64,000 bases of DNA from Octopus vulgaris (lineage: Eukaryota): assembly GCA_951406725.2 (NCBI GenBank), contig OX597820.1:89032001-89096000 (forward strand). The letters are read 5' to 3'. Position 1 is the first letter of the stretch; each line of letters begins with the position of its first letter. Below, one piece after another: positions 52,501 through 63,021 of the stretch. A program made the translations under genes and the position numbers. The notes beneath the pieces were generated by a model. The model was not told the DNA's origin. It searched no databases and saw only the letters and a list, made by a program, of their open reading frames with translations.

Positions 52501-55500
52501 ACACCAATCCGACCGTGGCTGTTGCCAGCCTCGCCTGGCACCTGTGCAGGTGGCACGTAAAAAGCACCCACTACACTCACGGAGTGGTTGGCGTTAGGAA
52601 GGGCATCCAGCTGTAGAAACTTTGCCAGATAAGACTGGAGCCTGGTGCAGCCTTCTGTTCCAACAGCGAAGTTAGCAGCTGGGAAACCACAGACCATCCC
52701 TGCAAGCCGACTTGCCCAGAGAGGAAGAAGTAGTTGTACATGGCTGGATGTCTTGTGTAATGTAGTTTTACAGTGCCCAGGTTCACACTGACTCTAGTTC
52801 TTTGTCATCCAACTTCACACATTCACTAACCAGTTTTGAATTGAACCAGCCAGGATCCCTAGTCTGGTGTTACGTAAAAAGCACTATCCGACTCGTGGCC
52901 GATGCCAGCACCGCCTCGACTGGCTTCCGTGCCGGTGGCACATAAAATACACCAATCCGACCGTGGCCGTTGCCAGCCTCGCCTGGCACCTGTGCAGGTG
53001 GCACGTAAAAAGCACCCACTACACTCACGGAGTGGTTGGCGTTAGGAAGGGCATCCAGCTGTAGAAACTTTGCCAGATAAGACTGGAGCCTGGTGCAGCC
53101 TTCTGGCTTCCCAGATCCCCGGTCGAACCGTCCAACCCATGCTAGCATGGAAAGTGGACGTTAAATGATGATGATGATGATGATGATGACCTCACAGTAA
53201 AAGCATGCCAAAAATTAATACAGAACATGCAGCATGCTTTAAACCAGTCACGTGATCAATGAACATTATTTCTCATTAGAATTAATTATGGATCCATTAT
53301 TCAGTATTTTGAGTACTATTATTTTATATTTATCTAATTACTTCAATTTGCTGCAGATGTTTGCATATCAAACTATAATAATATTGTGCAGCTTACTGTC
53401 ACAGTACTCTTTACTGTTTTACTCTTTTACTTGTTTCAGTCATTTGACTGTGGCCATGCTGGAGCACTGCCTTTTTTAGTCGAGCAAATTGACCCCAGGA
53501 CTTATTCTTTGTAAGCCTAGTACTTATTCTATTGGTCTCTTTTGCCGAATCGCTAAGTTATGGGGATGTAAACACTCCTGCATCGGTTGTCAAGCGATGT
53601 TGGGGGACAAACACAGACATATACACACACACACAAACACACATATATATATGTATATATATATATATATATATACACACACATATATACGACAGGCTTC
53701 TTTCAGTTTCCGTCTATCAAATCCACTCACAAGGCTTTGGTCGACCCGAGGCTATAGTAGAAGACACTTGCCCAAGATGCCATGCAGTGGGAATGAACCC
53801 GGAACCATGTGCTTACTGTCACAGTACTCTTTACTCTTTTACTTGTTTCAGTCATTTCACTGCGGCCATGCTGGAGCACCGCCTTTTTTAGTTGAGCAAA
53901 TCGACCCCAGGACTTATTCTTTGTAAGCCTAGTACTTATTCTATCGGTCTCTTTTGCTGGACCACTAAGTTACGTGGACGTAAACAAACCAGCATCGGTT
54001 GTCAAGCGATGTTGGGGGGACAAACACAGACACACAAACACATACATATATATACACGACAGGTTTCTTTCGGTTTCTGTCTACCAAATCCACTCACAAG
54101 GCTTTAGTCGGCCTGAGGCCATAGTAGAAGACACTTGCCCAAGGTGCCATACAGTGGGAATGAACCCGGAACCATGTGGTTGGTAAGCAAGCTACTTACC
54201 ACACAGTCACTCCTGCGCCTATGAACTTAGCTAAAACTTTATTCTCTCCTTCATTACAACATTTTTTTATAAGAAGTAGACCAACATTGCTGTTCATGAT
54301 GAAATGGTATGCTAAAGAAAATAAACCTTTTCAAATCCTTGGTTTACAATGTAAAGTAGTTCTCAACTGGGGCCCCTAACGGTTCATATAAGATTTTTGG
54401 TGGTCTACATAACAAAATAGTAAATTGGGATCTACAATAGTATTCTAAGGGACTCTGAAAAAAAATTTTACTTTAGATGTATGTATTGGTATGTATTGCA
54501 AGAAACAGCTAAGTTTCTTTCTCAAATGTTTTACATAGTTTAACCTACACAAGTTAATGTGTGAAACACAAAGTAGGAATTTTGAAAGAAGTTTCTATAA
54601 AACTATTTTTAAACATCGAAAGGCTATGGGGGTTCACCAGATTAAAATAGTAATCAAAGGGACCCATAGATAAAAAAAATTGTTTGAGAATCACTGATTT
54701 ACATGATCACTCAGCCTGCTAAAAACAACAGCCAAATCTCCCCCAAATTAAACTCAACCATCATAAATAAGGAAATATAAGTTAGTTGATGCGCTCCCTA
54801 CATAAATATAAAAAGATAAGAGAGTCATAGGTGAAATACATTTAATCCTAAGTTGGTTCATTCAGCTTTGATTTGGGGCTAAAAAAACACACCTACTTGA
54901 TTTTACAAACTTAATGATATTCCATTACAGTCTTGTTGCTAATACCATTAACATAACAGCGAATATTAGCAAACTCAAGTCGTCAGATCTTAATTGCACA
55001 ATTGAAATTTGGAGTGTCACTAATCATGCAGTGACAGGGCCAGCCAATGCATTCATAAGACATTTTGCATATGCATGCATGCATGCATACATACATACAT
55101 ACATACATGCATACATACATACATATACACAATAGTATGGGTATAAAGAAATGTTATTGTTTGAAATTGCAAGTGGAAACAATGTTGTAAGGTTAATGTT
55201 TTGGGGAAAGGAGTGGCTTAGGAAAATAGAACATGGTATTTAGTTGATGAGGTTCTTTGTACAGCCTGTAGCAAATGAAACACAACCACTTAGCGTTTAA
55301 CTATCTGGGTTGAACTTCTTTGGATATTTAATTGGCCAATGCATGAAAAAAAAAATGTCCATGAAAAGCAAGCTTACAATTAATAATAGCGGTATTTTGA
55401 AAAATAAATCCATAATTAATGTGTGATGTGGATAGTGAATTAGGGTCATTAATTCTTTGGCACCAATTGGTTGGCTGAAAAAGGTGGCATAACTTGCTTC

Positions 55501-57743
55501 TTGCTTATAAAGTTATTTTTGATATTGTTAGGAAGCAAAAATGTATGTTTGTAACCAACAAGGTTTGAACTGCTGCAGAAGGAAGTTTTAGAATAAAGCA
55601 ATGCACATTATTGCTGGACCATAGGAACTGGACCATGACGAAGTTGAAAAGACAAAGACTGAGAGTGCTAATAATAGGCACAAGGCCTGAAAATTTGTAG
55701 GTGGTTGGATAGTCGATTACATCAACCCCAGTGCTTGACTGGAACTGATGTCATTGACCCTGAAAGACTGAGAGGCAAAGTCAACGTCAGTGGAATTTGC
55801 GATCAGAATGTAAAAATTGGTGAAATTCCACTAGACATTTGGTCCAGTTGACTCTTTGAAATCCACTCACAAAGCTTTGATCAGCCTGGTGACATAAGTA
55901 GAAGATATTTGCCCAAGGAACTATGCAGAGGGATTGAACCCAAAACCATGTGGTTGCAAAAAAAGCCTCTCACCACACAGCCACACCAGCAGAGTAAGTC
56001 TTTCAGTTTTATCTAACGAAGGTCTATTTAGTAGTGCAGCACCTGTATATAGAAGCATATGACACACATGCAAGAAATATGACAAATCAATGTACAGATA
56101 AATATATATATGCAAGCAAAATAATGTACATGATATGAAATATAACATTCTGATACAATGTTTACAGAGTGCAGTGATGCTTTGCCCCTCAACCGCTGTG
56201 CTGATAATGATAATAGTAATAGGACTAGTGATTTCAATCTTTGACATGACCTTAAAAAAAACAAAACAAAATGACAGGGAAATTGTTTAATGAGTTGAAT
56301 AAATATCATTACATCAGAAGATAAAGGGTGATGTTTTATAGTCATTATAATAAAGATACATTGGATTTCACAGGCATTCACAAGCTGTTGAAGATGTCCT
56401 ATGCTGATAAGGTGAAAAAAAACATCCAGATCTTACAAGAGGCTCAGTTCATTGGACACAATGAGAAGAAGACTGGAGCATTTGGTGAAAAAAAAAAAAC
56501 ACCAGGGAAGATAGAAAGGGATGATGCTCAATGGCCTTAACAAATGGCTTTAGAAACACCAGTTCAATAATATACTAAGTTGTGCGTGGGACAAGGAAGA
56601 TATAATGGATCATGATTACCAATACCTGAAGCATGGCGTATTAAGAGAGAAAAGTAAAATGCTTGGAGGTACTTACTTAACTCAAAGAAAATAGCAGGTC
56701 CATGAAGAACAATTGACAGGTAGACCATCTGTAAAAGTAAAACATAAAGGGAAACCTGTTATTTAAATTATAAGAGAAATTGAAATAATGGCCCTTATCA
56801 ATCAAGGGTGCAAACAAAAGTAAGAAACAGTTCTAAAACCAGATAGAAGCATTAGACTTTGAAGAAACCTAGAGTAAAACAATTAGCAAAAGTGAATTCA
56901 GTTAACAATATGAAAGATATGTCAGTGTTTTGTAAGATTTTTTTATCCAATATTTTCAATGAGACACTGTATGTTGAAAAGAAAAGGTAGCTCTAATTCA
57001 CTATCTATCTGTCTATCTATCAATATTGATACATATACACACACCTACATACATACGTATATATATGTGTGTGTGTGTGTATATATATGTGTGACAAGGC
57101 TGGCCCTTTGAAATACTGGAACAACAGAAAGAAGAAGAAAGAGTGAGAGAAAGTTGTGGTGAAAGAGTACAGCAGGGTTCACCACCACCCCCTGCAAAAA
57201 CCCTTGTGGAGCTTTAGGTGTTTTCGCTCAATAAACACTCACAATGTCCAGTCTGGGAATTGAAACCACGATTCTACGACTGTGAGTCCACTGCCCTAGC
57301 CACTGAGCCATTGCGCCTCCACATCAAATCGCTTATTTATACCAATATTTATCAAGACAGGATTTGCACTAATAGTTTTAGAGATAGAGTTAGGAAATAT
57401 ATTTGCCAATTTTCTTTTAAGTTTAGTGTTAGGTATGTAAGAAATTTGCTCATTAAAACCACTTAGTTTCAAGGAGTTATTGCACATCCCCTGTAAATTA
57501 GTGGTTCAGCAAAAAAGATGGTTAGAATAAGTGCTAGGCTTAAAAAAAAAAAAATAAGAGGTGGAGGCAATTTGTTTGGTTAAAACTCTTCAAGACGGTG
57601 CCCCAGCATAGCTGCAGTTAATCAAATGAAACAAAATAAAAAGAATAAATAAGTATACATGCATGCATGTATGTTTGTATATATTTACATATACATATGT
57701 GCATTATATATATATATATATACACACACACACATATATATAT

Positions 57744-57806
<63 letters not shown>

Positions 57807-60800
57807 CTTATATATATATATATATAATCTTATATATATATATATATGTATATATATATGTTCTACTTTACTTATGTGTTTTATTCTGGCAGGGTTTCTA
57901 CGGCTGGGTCCCATCCCTAAAGCTGTGCACTTGATGCATTTTATCTTGGTGCAAACACTAGATAAGATATTATATATCTAAGAAGACTAACAAGCACTCT
58001 TGACCTTGTGGTGTCTCTGCTAACCAATTCAGGGAGTGTACTGAATGCAGTTTATCATAGTACCAACACTAGATAGGCTGTTATATCTTTGATAAGGTTA
58101 AAGAACACTCTTGATCTTGCAATGTCAGAATGAGGGCAGGTGTGTGAGAGGTGCTAAGTTATGATGGGGAAAAAAACTAAGTGACTGGAGTTTGAGGATT
58201 GAATGACAAAAAAGTGACGGAGCTGTGAGAAGTAAGAGAAGAGAAACAGTAATGGCAGTTACATGTTTGGTGGTGTGAGAGAGATCAAATAATAGATGGT
58301 AATAGTATAGTGGTTGGAGTAGGTGGCAAAATGCATGCAATTCCATTACTGCCCCTTGTTGCACCATGCTGGTGTGTGGGCATGTCACTTATGACATTTC
58401 CAAACACACACACACATTCCATCCCCCATACTCTTTTACTCTTTTACTTGTTTCAGTCATTTGACTGTGGCCATGCTGGAGCACTGCCTTTAGTCGAGCA
58501 AATCGACCCCGGGACTTATTCTTTGTAAGCCCAGTACTTATTCTATCGGTCTCTTTTGCTGAACCGCTAAGTTATGGGGACGTAAACACACCAGCATCGA
58601 TTGTCAAGCAATGCTAGGGGGACAAACACAGACACACAAACACACATACATACATATATATATATATATACATATATACGACAGGCTTCTTTCAGTTTCC
58701 GTCTACAAAATCCACTATAGCAGAAGACACTTGCCCAAGATGCTACACAGTGGGACTGAACCCGGAACCATGTGGTTGGTTAGCAAGCTACTTACCACAC
58801 AGCCACTCCTGCGCCCATATCTACCAGTTTTCAACAATTCTTTCACCATGGGCACACCAGTCAATGGATTTTATCCAGCATTGCATATAATCAATCATCA
58901 CAATTTTTACCATTTCCTTTGTGTGTGACACAGGATCTTAAGGTTAATCTTCTCCACTTCATACCATGTCTTTGTTAGTCTTCATTTTGCACAGGATGAT
59001 CGACTTTTTACTGCATTGTTGTTGTTAATTAGGTGTCTTAGGTAATAGAATTTATGAAAGGCAGCGAGCTGGCAGAATTTATGAAAGGCGGTGAGCTGGC
59101 AGAAACGTTAGTGCGCCGGGCGAAATGTTAGCGGTATTTCATCTGCCATTACGTTCTGAGTTCAAATTCCGCCGAGGTCGACTTTGCCTTTCATCCTTTC
59201 AGGGTTGATTAAATAAGTATCAGTTACGCATTGGGGTCAATATAATCGACTTAATCCGTTTGTCTGTCATTGTTTGTCCCCTCTGTATGTAGCCCCTTGT
59301 GGGCAGTAAAGAAATAGGTATTTCGTCTGCCGTTACGTTCTGAGTTCAAATTCCGCCGAGGTCGACTTTACCTTTCATCCTTTCAGGGTCAATAAATTAA
59401 GTACCAGTTATGCACTGGGGTTGATCTAATCGACTTAATCCCTTTGTCAGTCCTTGTTTGTCCCCTCTATGTTTCGCCCCTTGTGGGCAATAAAGAAATA
59501 AGAATTTATCAACAATTTCTAATGACCTATTTGAGTATTTGAGAATCTCTATTTTCTGGGGCTCTTAGTGCACCTGTGCATCTGTTGTACATAACATCTG
59601 TCTCTTTATTAGCTGCCTGTGACCCTGCTTTGCCTCTTGTGCATCCATAGTTTATACTGGCTATACTGCATGGAATCTACTCATTATTTTTCTGCATATT
59701 GAGCATAGACATTTATATAGCAGAGTGCTATCTTCTCTCTTACAAAGGTTTCACTAAGTTTACCTAAAGGGCTCTTGATTCAAGGTCTTGGATTCAGGTT
59801 GAGAATTTCTTCACCAAATCTTTGGTAATTCTGCTGTTCTTTCAGATATCTAGCCTTAAACTCTTATGACATGGCCAAGTGGACTATAACAAATGTGAAC
59901 TGAAGACTGAGTTTTGATGAACCACTATGCACTTGTGCTGGTGGCACAGGAAAAACATTCAAACAAGGTCACTGCCAGTGCTGCTGGACTGGCTTCTGTC
60001 CAGGTGGCACGTAAAAAACGCCATTTGAGCGTAGCTGTTGCCAGTACCACCTGACTGGCCCACGTGCCAGTGACATGTAAAAGCACCCACTACACTCTCA
60101 GAGTGGTTGGCGTTAGGAAGGGCATCCAGCTGTAGAAATTCTGCCAGATTAGGATTGGAGCCTGGTGCAGCCATCTGGTTCACCAGTCCTCAGTCAAATC
60201 GTCCAACCCATGCTAGCATGGAAAGCGGACATTAAATGATGATGATGATGATGACTATCTATATACTAAACTCATTGCTGTGCTCATTGCTAACAGCACC
60301 TCAATATGCCCTTGCAAGCCATTCATGTTTCCCTGGTTTTCTTAGCGGCACCAGGTTACTCAGTTAGGAACCCTACTAAACTCTCTTTGCAGTTGATGAA
60401 TGCTATGTATAGTAGTTTACTTCTAGTTAAATCATTCTCTCTTTGTTGTGTCGCTAAGAAGAGGATATTGTTATTACTTCTTTTTGACACAAACCTGAAC
60501 TGCATGTTATTCAGTTTATGCCTCTTACACTTCCTCTCTCTACTGCAGTTGTCAATGATACTGCTACACCAGTTACTAAGCATGACAAACTCCCATATTA
60601 CCCGATAGGCTATGTGTGCAACTAGCACATGACCTCACTTAGCAGCCAGTTATTTTCAGCATATCAGCAACTATACCTGATGGTCTAGCTGTCTCCCTTG
60701 CTTTCATATCCTTAATCAATCTATTATAATACTGTTAACTTGGATGGCTGGTCTCTCTGTTGGGTCTATATGGGGTAGACCCTCTTTGTATCATGAATTC

Positions 60801-61478
60801 TCATTTAACAATCTCTCATAACAGCACTTCCATGCTTGTTTCTTTTTTCAGCATTGGTAACGGCCAATGTACAACTATCATTCTAATGCACATTTCTCCT
60901 TTGATGTCCTGATTTTCTTTAGCACACTGACTTGCTATCCAGAAGACCCCCATGTCATGCATCCTCACATCACAGAATATGTGAGAACCTCTTACATTCT
61001 GCTTCTTCCCTTGCTTTAATCTCTTTTCTATCTACTTGTTATTGCTCCCTATGGCTCCCTGTCTTCCAGTATTCGCAATCCTATTTCTTGCTTAAATGGT
61101 TCTGTATACAGCACAGTGAAAACCGTACTAAATGGGCAACTCAACAATGGGAACAAAACAGTGAAAAGATAAAGGAGAATGAGGCAGGGTCAGAGAAGAA
61201 AGAAACACAGAGTGGATGTAAAAGGGAGAGGTAGATTGCATTTACATATAAAAGAAGTGTTGTTCAAATTGTAAAAAAATAACAAGTTACCTGGTAAACA
61301 GGTGAGAAGGCAACAAGAAAGAAGACATCATAAAGAAAGCTTTATGAAATTGTTTTGTAAAAGTTGCAAAATCATAGAAAATAAAAAAAATATAAAATAT
61401 ATATACATATACCTGAAGAATGCAGAACACTGCTGCTCCAAGCAAGCGAAACCAACGTGAATAGCGTAACTCAAGGTA
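13675..61478 (-). CDS. SLC5A8-like: Spliced gene (5'-partial): sodium:solute symporter, SLC5 family, SMCT/NIS/SMVT (SLC5A8/12/5/6)-like; exact orthology unresolved
   Basis: 14 exons with GT-AG boundaries and compatible phases join into a stop-free 424-aa frame. Family motifs: [67 protein letters not shown]. Exon sizes 66/52/68/87/104 nt match the vertebrate SLC5A8 layout as I recall it. Confidence 0.93.
15390..15715 (+). mobile_element. tRNA-derived CORE-type SINE (family C)
   Basis: A-box-like tggcttagtgg, B-box-like gagttcaatt, tgtgtccttgagcaagacactt core; copies at ~11125-11250, ~23720-24040 and ~62100-62245(-). Confidence 0.75.
16639..16730 (-). CDS. SLC5 exon (G)[30 protein letters not shown] (92 nt, phase 1-0)
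   Basis: Long polypyrimidine tract plus tag acceptor, gtaaga donor; D.R.L.P C-tail motif. Confidence 0.85.
17010..17343 (+). mobile_element. CR1-like LINE 3' end with (TTA)n tail
   Basis: [36 protein letters not shown], the TRGH..K...FF..RV...WN.LP C-terminus of CR1 ORF2. Confidence 0.85.
17745..17848 (-). CDS. SLC5 exon (A)[34 protein letters not shown] (104 nt, phase 2-1)
   Basis: ctttgcag acceptor, gtaagt donor; LYS.S..WY...G last TM helix. Confidence 0.92.
19342..19427 (-). CDS. SLC5 exon [28 protein letters not shown] (86 nt, phase 0-2)
   Basis: gtttttag acceptor, gtgagt donor; starts with the family GAL motif. Confidence 0.88.
20356..20571. repeat. Near-perfect ~200-bp hairpin with CTGATGA..GAAA motif
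   Basis: ttatgtgctgctattagtttcatgt...actgcc-cacat-ggcagt...acatgaaactaatagcagcacataa. Confidence 0.8.
21026..21718. mobile_element. Mariner remnant made of two inverted 5' portions
   Basis: Plus strand: [24 protein letters not shown]. Minus strand: [13 protein letters not shown] and TIR-like tgatcaataagtatccg. Confidence 0.8.
22626..22762. repeat. Compound (GT)n/(GTG)n/(ATG)n microsatellite
   Basis: Directly visible; ends ~20 bp from the donor site at 22781. Confidence 0.95.
22782..22868 (-). CDS. SLC5 exon [29 protein letters not shown] (87 nt, phase 0-0)
   Basis: ttttcag acceptor, gtaagt donor; P..G.F.LG...P SSS signature region. Confidence 0.93.
24135..24202 (-). CDS. SLC5 exon (S)[22 protein letters not shown] (68 nt, phase 1-0)
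   Basis: atttcag acceptor, gtaagg donor; G.LCIG.A motif. Confidence 0.9.
24290..24512. mobile_element. Penelope-like terminus with short inverted repeat and CTGAAGA hammerhead-like core
   Basis: 24380-24421 is the reverse complement of 24466-24508; a related copy lies at ~7035-7155. Confidence 0.55.
25760..25866 (-). CDS. SLC5 exon (S)[35 protein letters not shown] (107 nt, phase 2-1)
   Basis: ttttccag acceptor, gtaagt donor; aligns to ST.SS..NA.A.V region. Confidence 0.87.
27704..27786 (-). CDS. SLC5 exon [27 protein letters not shown] (83 nt, phase 0-2)
   Basis: tttcttag acceptor, gtaggt donor; G..GLFVA..F motif of TM8. Confidence 0.9.
28145..28547 (+). mobile_element. Full-length CORE-type tRNA SINE (family A)
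   Basis: Complete head, core, internal microsatellite and tail ending gaaacaagtaa.agagtaaaagag; more than 12 copies, e.g. 27235-27655, 32875-33265(-), 37995-38385(-), 45420-45850(-), 49380-49730(-), 58430-58815(-), 63160-63530(-). Confidence 0.85.
30490..30879 (-). mobile_element. CpG-rich insertion, possible solo LTR
   Basis: Minus strand starts TGTAGTG, then GC-rich block, TA-rich stretch (~30575) and AATAAA (~30550); abuts a truncated family-B SINE; no clean TSD. Confidence 0.4.
31171..31279 (-). CDS. SLC5 exon (W)[36 protein letters not shown] (109 nt, phase 2-0)
   Basis: ttttccag acceptor, gtgagt donor; in frame with both neighbours. Confidence 0.88.
31476..31597. repeat. (TATG)n microsatellite
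   Basis: Directly visible; similar tracts at 37765-37990 and 57665-57860. Confidence 0.95.
32009..32143 (-). CDS. SLC5 exon (M)[44 protein letters not shown] (135 nt, phase 2-2)
   Basis: acttcag acceptor, gtatgt donor; NQ.QVQRY.SC signature. Confidence 0.94.
32681..32829 (-). CDS. SLC5 exon [49 protein letters not shown] (149 nt, phase 0-2)
   Basis: cttccag acceptor, gtaagt donor; GGLKA....FQ motif. Confidence 0.92.
33735..34027 (+). mobile_element. RTE-like LINE 3' end with (ATG)n tail
   Basis: [21 protein letters not shown] ... [25 protein letters not shown]-stop. Confidence 0.75.
34581..34970 (+). mobile_element. Non-autonomous Helitron
   Basis: 5' TC, 3' CTAG, subterminal hairpin cccgagcaacgccggg ~12 bp from the end, inserted between A and T without a TSD; internal ~100-bp tandem duplication. 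Confidence 0.85.
36024..36383. mobile_element. 145-bp-arm inverted repeat (Penelope-like) nested in the mariner, with a hammerhead-like motif in the loop
   Basis: 36024-36168 is the near-perfect reverse complement of 36239-36383; flanking duplication aatgaa(a/g)gagagtat at ~36008 and ~36440. Confidence 0.8.
36189..36235 (-). ncRNA. Putative minimal type-I hammerhead ribozyme (possibly degenerate)
   Basis: CCUGGG-CUGAUGA-CA-GGU-UAAG-ACC-CA-GAAA-CAUGCAUA-UC-CUCAGG: 6-bp stem I, short stem II, palindromic loop 3. Confidence 0.55.
38731..39043 (+). mobile_element. tRNA-derived SINE (family D) with 12-bp TSD
   Basis: ggaggtgcaatggcccagtggttagggcagcggactcgcgg head; TSD tatctttctcct; copies at 48632-48930 and 57110-57320(-). 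Confidence 0.85.
39351..40110 (-). mobile_element. Meta/MESC-like SINE with four tandem ~180-bp body units and an 11-bp TSD
   Basis: Repeated gaccccgaaaggatgaaaggcaaagtcgacctcgg units; TSD agtgacaaaag; dimeric copies at 41155-41560, 47233-47625 and 59056-59500(+). Confidence 0.85.
41650..42168 (+). mobile_element. 3' fragment of a Dong/R4-like (R2 group) non-LTR element with restriction-like endonuclease
   Basis: [24 protein letters not shown]...KIEKY..L...IPVVVGA (PD-D/E-K RLE); (TAA)n on both sides. Confidence 0.85.
42744..43948. mobile_element. Two tandem copies of a ~550-bp element embedded in (TAA)n
   Basis: 42744-43300 matches ~43410-43948; (TAA)n at 42700, 43300 and 43950. Confidence 0.8.
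44040..44107 (-). CDS. SLC5 exon (I)[22 protein letters not shown] (68 nt, phase 1-0)
   Basis: ttttctag acceptor, gtgagt donor; G..C..YT.L motif preceding GGLKA. Confidence 0.9.
44540..44602 (-). pseudogene. 5'-truncated tRNA-Glu(TTC) pseudogene
   Basis: gtctagtggttaggattcctggctTTCacccaggcggcccagattcgattcccggcataggaa; ~9 nt of the 5' acceptor strand missing; GTTC changed to ATTC; followed by tttctttt. Confidence 0.75.
44608..45050. mobile_element. MITE-like element with ~29-bp TIRs
   Basis: ggctttttggtgcaaaatgcattcttgttt ... aaataagggtgcattttgcaccaaaagcc. Confidence 0.65.
46686..47675. mobile_element. pogo/Tigger-like MITE (TA target) interrupted by a Meta-type SINE dimer
   Basis: ta-cagtaatgcctc ... 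aagacattactg-ta; nested SINE TSD tctc(c/t)aggaacaaatt. Confidence 0.65.
48145..48490 (-). mobile_element. CR1-like LINE 3' end (same family as 17010)
   Basis: Reverse complement of the cacagctcccatgactttcggaaa...agagttgctgaagcatggaac block plus 3' UTR. Confidence 0.8.
49945..50395. mobile_element. Penelope-like inverted repeat (~160-bp arms) enclosing a tRNA-like SINE head
   Basis: 49945-50107 mirrors 50231-50395; the loop 50120-50195(-) has A/B-box-like tRNA-head sequence. Confidence 0.8.
49994..50039 (-). ncRNA. Putative minimal hammerhead ribozyme with intact core
   Basis: GACAC-CUGAUGA-A-GGCUG-gagggUAUAU-CAGCC-GAAA-UAUU-GUGUU; the mirror copy at 50298-50343(+) has GAAA changed to AAAA. 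Confidence 0.65.
50625..51020 (+). mobile_element. CR1-like LINE ORF2 C-terminal fragment
   Basis: [37 protein letters not shown]....KII; [11 protein letters not shown]. Confidence 0.85.
52207..53105. repeat. 448-bp near-identical tandem duplication
   Basis: Unit starting ctgttccaacag at 52207 recurs at 52655; near-identical ORFs at 52419 and 52867. Confidence 0.92.
53391..54220. repeat. ~420-bp tandem duplication of a family-A SINE plus its flank
   Basis: gcttactgtcacagtactctttact at 53391 and 53811, each followed by the SINE (minus strand). Confidence 0.8.
54354..54696. mobile_element. hAT-like MITE
   Basis: aagtagttctcaac ... ttgagaatcactg TIR remnants. Confidence 0.5.
56677..56728 (-). 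CDS. SLC5 exon [17 protein letters not shown] (52 nt, phase 0-1)
   Basis: ttttacag acceptor, gtaagt donor; aligns to LY.GIV.YAPALAL. Confidence 0.9.
58860..60700 (-). mobile_element. Highly decayed RTE-like LINE interrupted by two SINEs
   Basis: C.CSICRK ... KLWMHKR ... RCTGA ... LEIVDKFYYL readable across a SINE insertion with TSD agaatttat; outer boundaries uncertain. Confidence 0.55.
61413..61478 (-). CDS. SLC5 exon [22 protein letters not shown] (66 nt, phase 0-0)
   Basis: ctctag acceptor, gtatat donor; YLE.RF family motif. Confidence 0.92.
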
Positions 61479-61865
61479 CTAGAGTGGGAGAAAATGGAAA
61501 AAATTATTCAGAAGGAATGATAGAAGTCAAATTAATATTTGTGCGAATAATTTTCTATCAATCAAAACAAATTTTTTTTTTTTTTCTCACAAGGCAAAAT
61601 AAACAACCTGGTTTCGAGAGTTTTCAATATCTGCAATAGAATGTTGACCTCGCTTATGAAATATTAGCCATTGGGGGAAAACTTTATATGGTCACTCAAA
61701 CCGCTATTAACAGCTGCTGTATTTTGCTGAAATCACAACCTAATAACATAAGAAAAGAGGGGACACATTGGATAATAGAATCCAGAAAAAAAATGTCTTA
61801 TGAGTGAAATGGGTAGCAAAAACTTTGTGGTAAGGAATTAGCCAGTATTGAGGAGCAGAGCCTGG

Positions 61866-61970
61866 TATAGTAGAAATAGAAAAAAACAGAATGAAGGGAG
61901 TATTTCTGTGAACTAGGGGTGGAGTATACTTGTGAGAGATTCTTACCAATCAGCCACATGCACACACACA

Positions 61971-62017
<47 letters not shown>

Positions 62018-63021
62018 ACACATATGCATAGCTATCACTCACAAATGGGTATGACTTGGTAACACACACCATGCTTTCACCATGCTTTTAGTTATCTCTG
62101 CTGAATGTGACCCAATACAGACAGCCTCTTCGGTTCGGGCTCCAGCTTTGACACAGCACAACATCCAGGAGACAATGCACTACCTAGTCCAGGAATCGAA
62201 CCCAAGACCTTATGATCAAGATTTCAACACTCTAACCTCTAAGCCACCCACCTTTGGTTGGCCTAAGGCTATAGAAAAAGACACTTGCTCAAGGTGCCAT
62301 GCAGTGGGGGTGAACTCAGAACCACGTGGTTCATAAGCAAGCTATTTACCACACATCCACTCCTGTGCCGCCACACAGCTACTCCTGTGCTTCCACACAG
62401 CCACTCCTGTGCCTTGTGTGTGTGTGTGTATTTTTATATTTGTATTTGTCACTTCTTGACACAGTGTTGTGGTGTTAAGTCCTTTTAACTTAGAGACTTA
62501 GATAAGTCTCTAACAGAATAAGTACTGGAGTAGATTTGAGTGACTAAAAACTCTTCAAAGAGGTGCCCCAGCATAGCTGCAGTCCAGTGACTAAAATACA
62601 GTAAAATACTTGTCGGAGTCATTATCCACTCAATAAAGACCTATCCCCAAGCAAAACAGCTTAAGAGTCCTGATGGCAAGTTGCTTTATAGACTGACCAA
62701 TTAATTTTAATATTCAACATCATAGACCTGCTCATTCATGGTTAACCTGAGATTAAAAATCAGTCTGCCACAACTCATTTATATCTCCATAATGAGGAGC
62801 GTGGCTGGATACCTTTGATCACCTAAGGTTTACTAAACAGGGGTTAAACAACTCCAAACTATTGTTTTTGTATTTTTGCTCATGTTTGTTTGCAGCTGTA
62901 AATTTTATCACTTGTTTAATTTTCATGCTATAGTAGAAATAGAAAAAACAGAGTGAGGGGAGTACTTCTGTGAACTAGGAGTGGAGTATACTTGTGAGAG
63001 ATCCTTACCAATCAGCCACAT
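61866..63021. repeat. ~95-bp direct repeat pair (61866-61960 and 62929-63021)
   Basis: tatagtagaaatagaaaaaa.cagaa/gtga.gggagta.ttctgtgaactagg.gtggagtatacttgtgagagat.cttaccaatcagccacatg occurs twice. Confidence 0.85.
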
